Source: an uncultured Pseudomonadota bacterium
Lineage (GTDB): Bacteria; Pseudomonadota; Alphaproteobacteria; JACZXZ01
Length of the DNA stretch: 64,000 nucleotides
Assembly: GCA_963749075.1 (NCBI GenBank)
Contig: CAVVLJ010000017.1
Span: 1,120,001 to 1,184,000 of the forward strand
Reading direction: 5' to 3'
Shown here piece by piece: positions 32,598 to 41,570 of this stretch. Numbering within the stretch: the first letter of the stretch is position 1; each line of letters opens with the position of its first letter. Both the position numbers and the translations under genes were made by a program. The notes beneath the pieces were generated by a model. It did no database searches and was not told where the DNA came from. It saw only the letters and a program-made list of their open reading frames with translations.

Positions 32598-33194
32598 ATG
32601 ACGAACATGGTGAATGCGCTCCAACCCGCGATTGATGCGTTGGAAAAGGACTTGGCAGACCTGGAACGCCAGGGGAACGCACTTCTGACCAGCATCAACC
32701 TTCTACGAGCGAAGGCTGGCTTGCCACCTCGCCCCGGTGCGTGGACAGGCCCATCCTCGGAGACGGCTGGCTCTTCGGACGGTGGCCGCCTCACTCTCAG
32801 TAGCATCCACTCCGACACCTTCCTCGGTAAGCGTATGGGATCGGCCGCGCGCGAATATCTAGCGATGCGAAAGGCGAGCGGCGGCAATGCCCCAGCCACG
32901 ACGCGAGAGGTATTCAATGCGCTCAAGGACGGCGGTTTCGTCTTCGGAGCCAAGGATGACGCCACCGCCATCGTTGTACTGCGCGCCATGCTTCGGAAGA
33001 ACACTCAGATGTTCTACAAGCTCCCGAACGGCACGTATGGTTTGCGGTCGTGGTATCCCGATCTAAAACGTTCCAAGGCACCCGCTGACAGCGACGACGA
33101 CAAGGCGCCCAAGGTGCCAGCCGGCAAGGCAGGGGAAGGTGAACTCGAAGACGATTGGCCCTTGGATGAGACGGATAAGCCTGCGGTCGCCTAA
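32598..33194 (+). CDS. Hypothetical protein with a winged-helix (HARE-HTH / RNAP-delta-like) domain
   Basis: N-terminal coiled coil; FYKLPNGTYGLRSWYP motif; acidic tail. Confidence 0.6.
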   Translation: MTNMVNALQPAIDALEKDLADLERQGNALLTSINLLRAKAGLPPRPGAWTGPSSETAGSSDGGRLTLSSIHSDTFLGKRMGSAAREYLAMRKASGGNAPATTREVFNALKDGGFVFGAKDDATAIVVLRAMLRKNTQMFYKLPNGTYGLRSWYPDLKRSKAPADSDDDKAPKVPAGKAGEGELEDDWPLDETDKPAVA

Positions 33195-33615
33195 AGCGTT
33201 CGGGCCACGAATGGATAACCATTCGTGGCCCTATGATCTTGGCGGGTGGCTCCCGTCCTCTAAACCGGCATGCAGGGCCGGAGAAGGGAAGGTGTTCAGT
33301 GCGTAGTCGCACGTTAGAAGCGTCGCGGTGGTTTAGCGTCATCGGGCCTAGCCCGCCCGGTGGCGCGACCACCGCCATTACATAGCATCAAACCACCGCT
33401 TCGTCCATCCCATCGGGCCTCGGCCCGAAATTATGAGGTACGTTTTATGGTTACAAAGACGCCTGAGAAGCCGCCGAGCAAGCGAGAGCCTTAGCATCGC
33501 CGGCGAGAAGCTGAGCACTAGCAAGAGCGCGGCTACCAGAACCCTGGCGGGTCGCGTTCTGTCCGAAGCGGCAGCGATTGCTCGCGCGAAGCCTACACGA
33601 AAGGGTCGCTAACCC

Positions 33616-33925
33616 TTAGTCCTTGTGAACCGGCGGCGCCATATCCAGCGCAACGTGTCTGTTTAGGGCGTCGCCGGCCAAGGTAGGAATGACGCCAGCT
33701 TTGAGTGGCCCCTGTCCCGGGTCGTAGGCCGACCGTACCTCGCCGTCCTTCCCCCATATCACCAATGCATAGCCCGAAATATCGTCGCCCAGATCTTTGA
33801 CCATATGGCGGCAAGCTTCAAAGAGTGAGCGCCTAGCGTTTTTGCCTCGTCTTGTCGGCGTTCTGCTATGATCTCGCTCAAGCGATGGACGCGGATAACT
33901 GAGGTCGAGCAAAAAATAGAGGAAG
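33616..33925 (-). CDS. Hypothetical passenger protein fragment, fused in frame to the truncated IS5 ORF
   Basis: DISGYALVIWGKDG.. segment with no transposase character. Confidence 0.4.
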
Positions 33926-34263
33926 TCGATCAGATAGAGGCTATCGTGCGATGTCGCGGCCAGCGCGTCGAAAATCCGCTTCCAGATGCCGCGGCGAGAC
34001 CAGCGGTTGAAGCGATTGTAGACCGTCGTGTAAGGCCCATAGCGCTCCGGCAAATCTCGCCACGGCATGCCGGTGCGCAGCACGTAGAAGATGCCATTCA
34101 TGATCCGGCGATCATCCTCTCGCGCCTTCTTGCGAAGGCCCGGCATCAACGGCTCCAGCACAGCCCATTCCTCGTCGCTCAAATCAAACCGCATGATCCA
34201 CCTCCAACCACGGTGAATCACATTCGGACAACTTTTTCAAGACATTATGCGGGTACAGACCCT
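33926..34263 (-). mobile_element. Truncated IS5-family (IS427-like) transposase OrfA with one end
   Basis: MRFDLSDEEWAVLEP...NGIFYVLRTGMPWRDLPERYGPYTTVYNRFNRW; ends at YLID; end sequence AGGGTCTGTACCC. Confidence 0.85.
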
Positions 34264-34363
34264 AACCAGCGAACGGCAGGCCTTGCAGCGCCTCATAATG
34301 ACAGTGCGCCGCGAGAAGTTGAATCGATGAGACGTAACTCGCAAAAATAGCTTTGACCGGATA

Positions 34364-34570
34364 TTGGTCGAGAACAAAATCTTAGAGACTCTGAGGGGAG
34401 AGCCTACACCCGTCCAAATAAGGGACTTATTCGTTGCGGTCCGACGTATAAATTATGATCTGAAAGAGAACACGTTTCGCTCCTACCTCCACAGAATGAA
34501 GGTGCGCGGCCTTATTGGGTCAGATCCAACGCGCGGGGGTTGGACCGTGGCCCAGAGAGAGCCTTCGTAG
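34364..34570 (+). CDS. Small winged-helix-like hypothetical protein or fragment
   Basis: ENTFRSYLHRMKVRGLI...GGW pattern; low GC. Confidence 0.4.
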   Translation: MVENKILETLRGEPTPVQIRDLFVAVRRINYDLKENTFRSYLHRMKVRGLIGSDPTRGGWTVAQREPS

Positions 34571-34599
34571 CCAAATTTCCCGTTTTGTTATTTTGCTCC

Positions 34600-34697
34600 C
34601 AAGCAGCCACCACGCGCGCAATATCGGTAATCTCCCAGAGCCTGTCTGTGATGCCAGCCGCCATAGCTGGCGTCATGCTCAGAGTTCCATAGATGCG
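34600..34697 (-). pseudogene. C-terminal remnant of an IS1-like transposase
   Basis: RIYGTLSMTPAMAAGITDRLWEITDI resembles the conserved C-terminus of IS1-family cargo-type transposases. Confidence 0.65.
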
Positions 34698-34864
34698 GGG
34701 GTCATCATCATTACTCGGACAGGCTCCTAGTTCGGCTGTGTTTTGGATCGGGATTGCCCTCGGTGCGCTTGCGCTCACACCCAATGCTGACGCGGCGCCG
34801 CGTTTGCCTTAATATGGAGGCGGACGTAATTGGCGAGCCGTCGCCTGGCGAAGAGGAGACCGCC

Positions 34865-35128
34865 TTGTCCGAGGTCGAGATTTACACCACTATGTGGTGC
34901 CCTTACTGCCAGCGTGCGAAGTCGCTGCTCGCCGAGAAGGGCGTGGCGTTCCGCGAGGTGGACGTGACCTACGATGCGGAGAAGCGCGCGGAGATGAGCT
35001 CACGCGCCGAGGGGCGCTCGACGGTGCCGCAGATCTTCATCGCCGGAAAGCCGGTCGGCGGCTCCGACGAGCTCGCCGCCCTCGAGGCCGAGGGCAAGCT
35101 CGACCAGCTCCTGGGGAGGGCCGCATGA
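34865..35128 (+). CDS. grxC: Glutaredoxin 3
   Basis: CPYC, TVPQIFI, GGSDEL; TTG start after GAGGAG. Confidence 0.94.
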   Translation: MSEVEIYTTMWCPYCQRAKSLLAEKGVAFREVDVTYDAEKRAEMSSRAEGRSTVPQIFIAGKPVGGSDELAALEAEGKLDQLLGRAA

Positions 35129-35982
35129 GCGAGCGCTTCAAGGTCGCCTGCATCCAAAGCAACGCGGGGCCCGACATCCTGCCCAATATCGCGGACGTCG
35201 ACCGCCTCGTGCGCTCGGCGCACGCCGCGGGTGCCGAGCTCATCATGACGAGCGAGAACTTCACCTGCATCGAGTTCGGCGCCGAGCGCTCGCTCGCCAA
35301 GGCGCTCTCCGAGGCGGAGCATCCGGCAATCCCGCATTTCACCAAGCTCGCGAGGGAGCTCGGCAGCTGGCTCCTCTTGGGCTCGCTCACCATCAAGCTC
35401 TCGCCCAGCAAGGCCAACAACCGCTCCTACCTGGTCGACCCGGAAGGCCGCATTACCGCACGCTACAACAAGCTGCATCTCTTCGACGTGCAGCTCAAGG
35501 CGGGCGAGACCTACCGCGAATCGGCGACCGTCGAGCCGGGCGACCGCGCCGTGCTCGCCGAGACCCCTTGGGGGCCGCTCGGCATGAGCGTGTGCTACGA
35601 TCTGCGCTTCGCCTATCTCTATCGCGCGCTCGCCCAGGCCGGCGCCAACTATCTTTCCATCCCCGCCGCCTTCACCAAGACGACGGGCCAGGCGCACTGG
35701 CACGCGCTGATGCGCGCCCGCGCCATCGAGACGGGCTCTTACGTCTTGGCCCCGGCCCAGTGCGGCCAGCACGCGGGCGGGCGCAAGACCTACGGCCACT
35801 CGCTCATCGTCGATCCCTGGGGCGAGGTCCTGGCCGACGGCGGCGAAGCGCCGGGCTTCATCGTGGCCGAGATCGACCCGGAGAAGGTCCGCGACGCGCG
35901 CCGCATGATCCCGGCCCTTGAGCACGACCGCCCCTTCACCGGTCCGGCCAGCGCGAGACCGCTCGCAGAGGCCGGCGAGTAG
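35125..35982 (+). CDS. Carbon-nitrogen hydrolase (Nit1-like)
   Basis: E-K-C triad: [19 protein letters not shown]; [12 protein letters not shown]. Confidence 0.92.
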   Translation: MSERFKVACIQSNAGPDILPNIADVDRLVRSAHAAGAELIMTSENFTCIEFGAERSLAKALSEAEHPAIPHFTKLARELGSWLLLGSLTIKLSPSKANNRSYLVDPEGRITARYNKLHLFDVQLKAGETYRESATVEPGDRAVLAETPWGPLGMSVCYDLRFAYLYRALAQAGANYLSIPAAFTKTTGQAHWHALMRARAIETGSYVLAPAQCGQHAGGRKTYGHSLIVDPWGEVLADGGEAPGFIVAEIDPEKVRDARRMIPALEHDRPFTGPASARPLAEAGE

Positions 35983-36025
35983 GAGGCCCTCCGCTTCTCG
36001 CGATGCGGCCGAGCACGCCTGCAGC

Positions 36026-38359
36026 ATGCCCCTCGTCGAGCCCAACACCGCCGTCCGCGACCCGGTCTGCGGCATGCCCGTCGAGCCCGCCGCGGCCAGC
36101 TACCGCGCCGGGCACGGCGGCAAGGACTACTTCTTCTGCGGCGCCAAGTGCCGCGAGAAGTTCGTAGCGGCGCCGGCGAAGTATCTCGGCGGGGGCGACG
36201 CAAGCCGGGCGCCGGCTGCGGCCCCGCCTGGTACCCTTGGGGCCGGGCACTGGACCTGTCCCATGCACCCGGAGGTCGTGCGCCACGCGCCGGGGAGCTG
36301 CCCGATCTGCGGCATGACGCTCGAGCCGCTCGTAGCGGGCGGCGCCGGCGAGGCCAATCCCGAGCTCGCGGCCATGACGCGGCGCTTCTGGGCAAGCCTC
36401 GCGCTGGCGCTCCCGCTCTTCCTCCTCGCAATGACGGGCGATTTTGCAGCGGCGCCGCTAGCCGCCCTCGTTCCGCCGCGCGCGCAGACCTGGCTTCAGC
36501 TGGCGCTCGCGACGCCCGTCGTCCTTTGGGGCGGCGCCCCCTTCTTCGCGCGCGGCTGGGCCTCGCTTCAGAGCCGCCATCTCAACATGTTCACGCTGAT
36601 CGCCATCGGCATCGGCGTCGCCTATGGCTATAGCCTCATTGCGGCCTTGGCGCCCGGCGTCTTCCCCGCCTCCTTCCGCGCGCCCGGCGGCGGCGTGGCG
36701 CTCTATTTCGAGGCGGCTGCCGTCATCACGACGCTCGTGCTGCTGGGCCAGGTGCTCGAGCTCCGCGCGCGAGCAGCGACCTCGAGCGCAATTCGGAGCC
36801 TCCTCGATCTGGCGCCCAAGACCGCGCGCGCGGTGCGCGCGGACGGCCGCGAGGAGGATCTCCCCCTCGAGCAAGTCGCGCCCGGCATGGTGCTGCGAGT
36901 GCGGCCCGGCGAGAAAGTGCCGGTCGACGGCCGCGTCCTCGAGGGCCGGAGCGCCCTCGACGAGTCGATGATCACGGGCGAGCCGCTGCCGGTCGAGAAG
37001 GGCGCGGGCGACGCGGTCACGGGTGCCACGCTCAACGGCGCCGGCAGCTTTCTCATGCGCGCCGAGAAGGTGGGCAGCGACACGCTCCTTGCCCGCATCG
37101 TCGCCATGGTGGCCGCAGCTCAGCGCTCCCGGGCACCCATCGAGCGCTTGGCCGACCGCGTCTCCGCCTGGTTCGTTCCCGCCGTCCTCCTCGCCGCCGC
37201 CGTCACCTTCGCCGCCTGGTCGCTCCTCGGGCCGCCACCCGCCATGGCGACGGCGCTCGTCAATGCCGTTGCCGTGCTGATGATCGCCTGCCCCTGCGCG
37301 CTCGGCCTGGCGACGCCGATGTCGATCATGGTGGGCACCGGGCGCGGCGCCAAAGCCGGCGTCCTCATCAAGGGCGCAGACGCGCTCGAGCTCATGGAGA
37401 CGGTCGACACGCTCGTCTGCGACAAGACCGGCACGCTCACCGAGGGCAAGCCGCGCCTCGCGCGCGTCTCGGCCGAGGGCGGCATCGCCGAGGACGAGCT
37501 CCTGCGCCTCACAGCTAGCCTCGAGCGCGCGAGCGAGCACCCGCTCGCCGACGCCATCGTCAAGGGTGCGGAGGAGCGCCACTTGGCACTTTCGCCCGCC
37601 GCCGATTTCCACGCCGAGACGGGCAAGGGCGTTAGCGGCACGGTCGATGGCCGCAAGATCGCCCTCGGCAATGCAGCACTCCTCGCCTCCCTCGCGGTCG
37701 AGGCGGGCGGGCTGCCGGATGCTGCCGAGGCGCTGAGGAAGGAGGGCGGCACCGTGATGCTCGCCGCCGTGGACGGCCGCGCCGCGGGCCTAATCGCGGT
37801 CGCAGACCCGATCAAGGCCGGGGCGGCCGACGCCATCAGGGCGCTCGCGGCCAACGGCGTGCGCACCATCATGCTGACCGGCGACAGCCGCACCACCGCC
37901 GAGGCGGTGGCGCGCCGGCTCGGCATCGCCGAGGTGATCGCCGACGTGCTGCCCGAGGGCAAGGCCGCGACGGTGGCACGGCTCGCGCGCGAGGGGCGCA
38001 AGGTCGCGATGGCGGGCGACGGCATCAACGACGCGCCGGCGCTCGCCGCGGCGCGCGTCGGCATCGCCATGGGCACGGGCGCCGATGTAGCAATTGAGAG
38101 CGCCGACATCACCCTCGTGAAGGGCGACCTCGGCGGCATCCTGCGCGCGCGGCGCTTGAGCCGCGCCGTCATGCGCAACATCCGCCAGAACCTCTTCTTC
38201 GCCTTCGTCTTCAACGCGCTCGCGGTGCCGCTCGCGGCGGGCGTGCTCTATCCCTGGACCGGGCTTCTCCTCAACCCCATGATCGCGAGTGCCGCCATGA
38301 GCGCGAGCTCGGTGCTGGTGATCGGCAACGCGCTCAGGCTCAAACGCGCGGCGCTGTGA
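36026..38359 (+). CDS. copA: Cu(I)/Ag P1B-type ATPase with an N-terminal YHS domain
   Basis: [47 protein letters not shown]. Confidence 0.92.
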   Translation: MPLVEPNTAVRDPVCGMPVEPAAASYRAGHGGKDYFFCGAKCREKFVAAPAKYLGGGDASRAPAAAPPGTLGAGHWTCPMHPEVVRHAPGSCPICGMTLEPLVAGGAGEANPELAAMTRRFWASLALALPLFLLAMTGDFAAAPLAALVPPRAQTWLQLALATPVVLWGGAPFFARGWASLQSRHLNMFTLIAIGIGVAYGYSLIAALAPGVFPASFRAPGGGVALYFEAAAVITTLVLLGQVLELRARAATSSAIRSLLDLAPKTARAVRADGREEDLPLEQVAPGMVLRVRPGEKVPVDGRVLEGRSALDESMITGEPLPVEKGAGDAVTGATLNGAGSFLMRAEKVGSDTLLARIVAMVAAAQRSRAPIERLADRVSAWFVPAVLLAAAVTFAAWSLLGPPPAMATALVNAVAVLMIACPCALGLATPMSIMVGTGRGAKAGVLIKGADALELMETVDTLVCDKTGTLTEGKPRLARVSAEGGIAEDELLRLTASLERASEHPLADAIVKGAEERHLALSPAADFHAETGKGVSGTVDGRKIALGNAALLASLAVEAGGLPDAAEALRKEGGTVMLAAVDGRAAGLIAVADPIKAGAADAIRALAANGVRTIMLTGDSRTTAEAVARRLGIAEVIADVLPEGKAATVARLAREGRKVAMAGDGINDAPALAAARVGIAMGTGADVAIESADITLVKGDLGGILRARRLSRAVMRNIRQNLFFAFVFNALAVPLAAGVLYPWTGLLLNPMIASAAMSASSVLVIGNALRLKRAAL

Positions 38360-38395
38360 GGGGCAGCAGCTATTTGCCCGGCTAGGCGTCAAGCG
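38145..38395 (+). repeat. Left copy of the island-bounding direct repeat (copA 3' end)
   Basis: 38145-38334 identical to 50125-50314; diverged similarity continues about 60 bp into a degenerate Prx 3' end. Confidence 0.92.
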
Positions 38396-38399
38396 ACAA

Positions 38400-38423
38400 A
38401 CGGCCGGCATTGCTGCCGGCCGT
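38400..38423 (-). terminator. GC-rich hairpin, probable terminator between convergent genes
   Basis: ACGGCCGGCA-TTGC-TGCCGGCCGT, followed by TT on the minus strand. Confidence 0.5.
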
Positions 38424-38449
38424 CCGTCTCTCAGATCGCAGCCTGGCGT

Positions 38450-38758
38450 TTAGAGAATGCCGATGCTGACTCCCGGCAGGCTTATGCCGATGGCGGGACC
38501 GTACACCACAGGCGGCGGAGCATAGTACGGCCCGCCGTAGACCACTGGGGGCGCGCTATAATAGCCGCCATTCCAGTTGCCATGGTCACGTCCACGATCA
38601 CCGCGGTGGTCACCGCCGTGGTGATCGTTCCGGTGCTGGTCTTCTGCGCTAGCCGACGCGACGAACGTCCCCAGCGCGAGAAAGGCGGAGATTGCGAGCG
38701 CTGCCGCGAGCATGGCCGGCAGGTGGCGTTTTGCTTTGGTATCGACGATGCAGGTCAT
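38450..38758 (-). CDS. Small secreted His/Gly/Pro/Tyr-rich protein
   Basis: Signal peptide, low-complexity DHHGGDHRG, YYAPPPVVYGP repeats. Confidence 0.7.
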   Translation of the reverse strand: MTCIVDTKAKRHLPAMLAAALAISAFLALGTFVASASAEDQHRNDHHGGDHRGDRGRDHGNWNGGYYSAPPVVYGGPYYAPPPVVYGPAIGISLPGVSIGIL

Positions 38759-38814
38759 AACGACCTCCTTTGATGAGCATGGTGTCACGTCGCGGAACGC
38801 GAGCGTTGGCCCTG

Positions 38815-39348
38815 CTAGCTATGCGCCGGAGCGCCCTTGCCACCGAAGCTCTGGAACACCTGGTCGGCGACCTTCTTCTGCGCATCAGGCATCGAGCTGT
38901 AGAGCGTATCGAACGACGAGATCAGGTTCTTCAGCCCATCGACGTGCGCGCGGGCGAACTTCTCGTAGGTCCGCAGATCGTCCAGCGCGGTCATGCCTTG
39001 CGGGGCCTGGGCGGTGTTTTCCGCGACGAGCTTCTCCATGGCGGCGGCGTTGTCGCGCATCGTCTGCGCGACAGCGGTCCAATTCGTCTCCTCGTCGGGC
39101 GTGATCTTTAGCTCGGCGTGGAGGGTGGCGATACGCTGCTCGACGGTCTCCGCCTTCGCCTCGGCGGCGCTGGCGGTCTTGTTCGGTTGCGCGGCAGCCT
39201 GCGCGAGCTGGATCGCCACGCTGGTGGCGCCATCGGCGCGCGCCGCGGTCAGCGGATAGGCGAGCATCGTCGCGCCCATCAGCGCCGCGATCGCGACCGA
39301 GCGCTTGAACGGCACGGACATGACAAGCGGGCGGGAGAAAGTCGACAT
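38815..39348 (-). CDS. Spy/CpxP (LTXXQ-like) periplasmic chaperone family
   Basis: Signal peptide; RIATLHAELKITPDEE..W, FDTLYSSMPDAQKKVADQVF. Confidence 0.8.
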   Translation of the reverse strand: MSTFSRPLVMSVPFKRSVAIAALMGATMLAYPLTAARADGATSVAIQLAQAAAQPNKTASAAEAKAETVEQRIATLHAELKITPDEETNWTAVAQTMRDNAAAMEKLVAENTAQAPQGMTALDDLRTYEKFARAHVDGLKNLISSFDTLYSSMPDAQKKVADQVFQSFGGKGAPAHS

Positions 39349-39464
39349 GGTGGTATCCCTTCTGGATTTGGCAACGGGCGGTGATTTCGCCCACCCGCCG
39401 CTTGTGAACTGTTCACTTGGAGATACATCAGAAGTAGTCCCTGGAACTCGCGATCGTCAGCCCC

Positions 39465-39477
39465 CGGAAACTACTCA
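39465..39477 (-). promoter_or_regulatory. TRAGTAGTTTCCG box (putative LuxR/FixJ-type operator)
   Basis: CGGAAACTACTCA about 117 bp upstream of the Spy-like gene; weaker inverted copy at 39431-39443. Confidence 0.65.
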
Positions 39478-39512
39478 CAGCGGCGGCGGACGAGCCCGCC
39501 GCCTTGGCGGCC

Positions 39513-39878
39513 TCACGACACGGCCGCGGCGCCGAGCGCGCGTTGAATGGCCCGGGCGAGGTCCGCTTCGCGGAAAGGCTTCTGGATAACCACCGCCGCC
39601 GGCCTCAGCGCCTGGACCCTCAAGGCATCGCCGGTCACGAAGACGTGCGGGACGAAGCCGGAGCAGAGTATCTCCTCGACGGCAGAGACGCCGCTTCCTT
39701 CGCCCAAGCGCGCATCGACGACAATCAGGTCCGGTTTGGATCGAATGGCGGCGGCCACCGCGTCAGCCTCGGTGGCTTCGACCGCGCAAACGTCGTGGCC
39801 CATCCCCGCGAGCACTTCGGCCAGGAGCATGGCGACCACGGCCTCGTCTTCCACGACCATGATGCGGAGCGCTGTCAT
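39513..39878 (-). CDS. Single-domain response regulator (REC)
   Basis: VVEDE, DLIVVD, FVTG, QKPF. Confidence 0.88.
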   Translation of the reverse strand: MTALRIMVVEDEAVVAMLLAEVLAGMGHDVCAVEATEADAVAAAIRSKPDLIVVDARLGEGSGVSAVEEILCSGFVPHVFVTGDALRVQALRPAAVVIQKPFREADLARAIQRALGAAAVS

Positions 39879-40025
39879 CGGTCTACTTCGCCTCCTGGGC
39901 CGCTTTCGTTCACCTAGATTTCGATAGGATCGCGCAGCTCCCGTGCGGCGCACGCGGGGGGCAGCGGTCCGATCAACGGCCGCCGATGCCGACCATAGTT
40001 GATGGAAGATCGCCGAGAGCAGGTT

Positions 40026-40038
40026 CGGAAACTACTCA
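40026..40038 (-). promoter_or_regulatory. TRAGTAGTTTCCG box
   Basis: CGGAAACTACTCA upstream of the REC gene. Confidence 0.65.
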
Positions 40039-40084
40039 GGCTCGTTCGCGGGAGATCGCTTGGTGCCGATGTTCGGCCCTGGCT

Positions 40085-40231
40085 TCAGCTGCGGAAAAGC
40101 GGCCGCCGCCCTGGCGTCGCGCGCTGACCGGGCGCGCTCGCTTGGCTCTGCTGCCTTTGCTGACCCGTCTGCACCGGCTTTGCCTGCTCGGGTCGGCCGC
40201 TCTCATTCGGCCGGATATTGTCGTCGGTCAT
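40085..40231 (-). CDS. Small hydrophilic protein (48 aa)
   Basis: GGAGG RBS; MTDDNIRP...PGRRPLFRS*. Confidence 0.45.
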   Translation of the reverse strand: MTDDNIRPNESGRPEQAKPVQTGQQRQQSQASAPGQRATPGRRPLFRS

Positions 40232-40263
40232 GGAACCTCCCGTTGTCTCAGCCCACTCGATCG

Positions 40264-40782
40264 TCACTGGTTGGCGTTCGGCGGTTGCGTCTGCGGGGAG
40301 ACCGTGCTGGAGGCCGGCGCGTGCGTATCGTCCATCTGAGCCGGCGTTTGACGGCTTGCGACGATCCATTGCGCGCCCAGCATCAAGGCCATGACGATCG
40401 CGTTGATAAGGATCACCCGTACGATGTGTCGGGGATTGGCCGCCGCGCCGGCGCCGAGCAACGTCTCGCGCGACGGGACATTGGAACGGACCTGGCGCGG
40501 CAAGAGCGCGATCAGGCGAGCCGCGATCGTTCCGGGTTCGAGATTCCCCGCCGGCCTGTCGGGCAGTGCCGCAATCAGCGAGGCCAAGGCCTCGGTCGCC
40601 GCTTTTCCCGGCAAGCGAGCTAATTTGGCAGCCTCCTGCCAGGGGTCGACATCCAGTCGCGCCAGCGCCGACAGGACGCTGAGCGGCATGCCGTTTCCCT
40701 CTTCGCGGATCGGCGCGAATAAAAAGTCGTTGAACTCTGAGCCAAGGTAAGAAGCCGCGGCAGAGCGCGTCATTTCAATCAC
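40264..40782 (-). CDS. Hypothetical protein with a C-terminal TM helix
   Basis: EFNDFLFAPI..GMPLSVLSALARLDVDPWQEAA domain, then a TM segment. Confidence 0.7.
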   Translation of the reverse strand: MIEMTRSAAASYLGSEFNDFLFAPIREEGNGMPLSVLSALARLDVDPWQEAAKLARLPGKAATEALASLIAALPDRPAGNLEPGTIAARLIALLPRQVRSNVPSRETLLGAGAAANPRHIVRVILINAIVMALMLGAQWIVASRQTPAQMDDTHAPASSTVSPQTQPPNANQ

Positions 40783-40892
40783 CGAATGTCGCCGGCTCTT
40801 GTGGCGCCATGGAGCCGACTATGAGGCAGGGGCACGATTGTCGCAGCCACCCAAAGCAAACCGTATTGCACTGCGGTTAATCGCGACAGCCT

Positions 40893-40905
40893 CGGAAACT
40901 ACTCA
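40893..40905 (-). promoter_or_regulatory. TRAGTAGTTTCCG box
   Basis: CGGAAACTACTCA about 111 bp upstream of the 40782 gene. Confidence 0.65.
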
Positions 40906-41119
40906 GAGCTGCGACCATTCCGGCTGACCGGCGAACGCGGCGCGGGTCAGCGCCTGCGGCCGCACCGATGCCGCGCGGGCAACGCCGCGGCGGAGAAACA
41001 GTGATGGGAGTTATCCGCGGCGGCCTTAATGGCTCGCCGTCCGCGCGTTGCTCTAATGGCCGCCCTTGCGGCGCGCCGTCACCGGCACCTGCGCATACCG
41101 TGCGGAGAAGGCATAAATC

Positions 41120-41386
41120 TTAGGCTTCGGTATCCCTTGGATGGTCGATCACACCGGAGCCCCTTGAGCTCCTGTCCCGGTCACCCGGAACGCCCTCGGC
41201 GGCGAGCCCACGCCGAAGCAGCTCTCGCACCGTCGCCGCACGGCTTGGCATGCGCCATTTGAACCGGAAGTCGTCGATAACCTCGAGTTCCTTCGGCGCC
41301 AGCATGATCTGCAGCCTTTCGCCGCGGGCCTTCGTGAATGAAATCCGGCGGCGGCCGAGATGGCTAATTTTTAGCTTGTAAATCAA
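41120..41386 (-). CDS. Small ribbon-helix-helix-like protein
   Basis: RGERLQIML...IDDFRF..RMPSRAATVRELLRRGL; start uncertain. Confidence 0.6.
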   Translation of the reverse strand: MIYKLKISHLGRRRISFTKARGERLQIMLAPKELEVIDDFRFKWRMPSRAATVRELLRRGLAAEGVPGDRDRSSRGSGVIDHPRDTEA

Positions 41387-41570
41387 TTAGTTATTTCTTG
41401 AGCATCCGGGAAAATAAGGGGATAATTCAGGTTATGGCTTAGTTTCCGCCTGCGAAGCGATTGGGAATGCGATGAGCGGAATGCCTTACGGCGGACGCTC
41501 GCCATTTTCTGATCCCGGTGGGCGCGCTCCACCTCCCATTGGGGAGTAACCGTTCGGGAACGGTTGAGGA

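Larger units (their letters stand above)
31576..34787 (-). mobile_element. Internally deleted IS1-like cargo element (non-autonomous)
   Basis: End GGTAGTGGGTAAGTTTGAA at 31576; direct repeat GCTGACGCGGCG at 31565-76 and 34786-97; transposase C-terminal remnant TPAMAAGITDRLWEI; low GC. Confidence 0.6.

Noticed and set aside
33447-33612. Possible small basic protein (MVTKTPEK...TLAGRVLS)
   Set aside because: Needs a frameshift to be continuous; too little support to call
33616-34221. 201-aa ORF as a novel transposase fusion
   Set aside because: Best explained as a chance in-frame junction of a truncated IS5 OrfA with unrelated DNA
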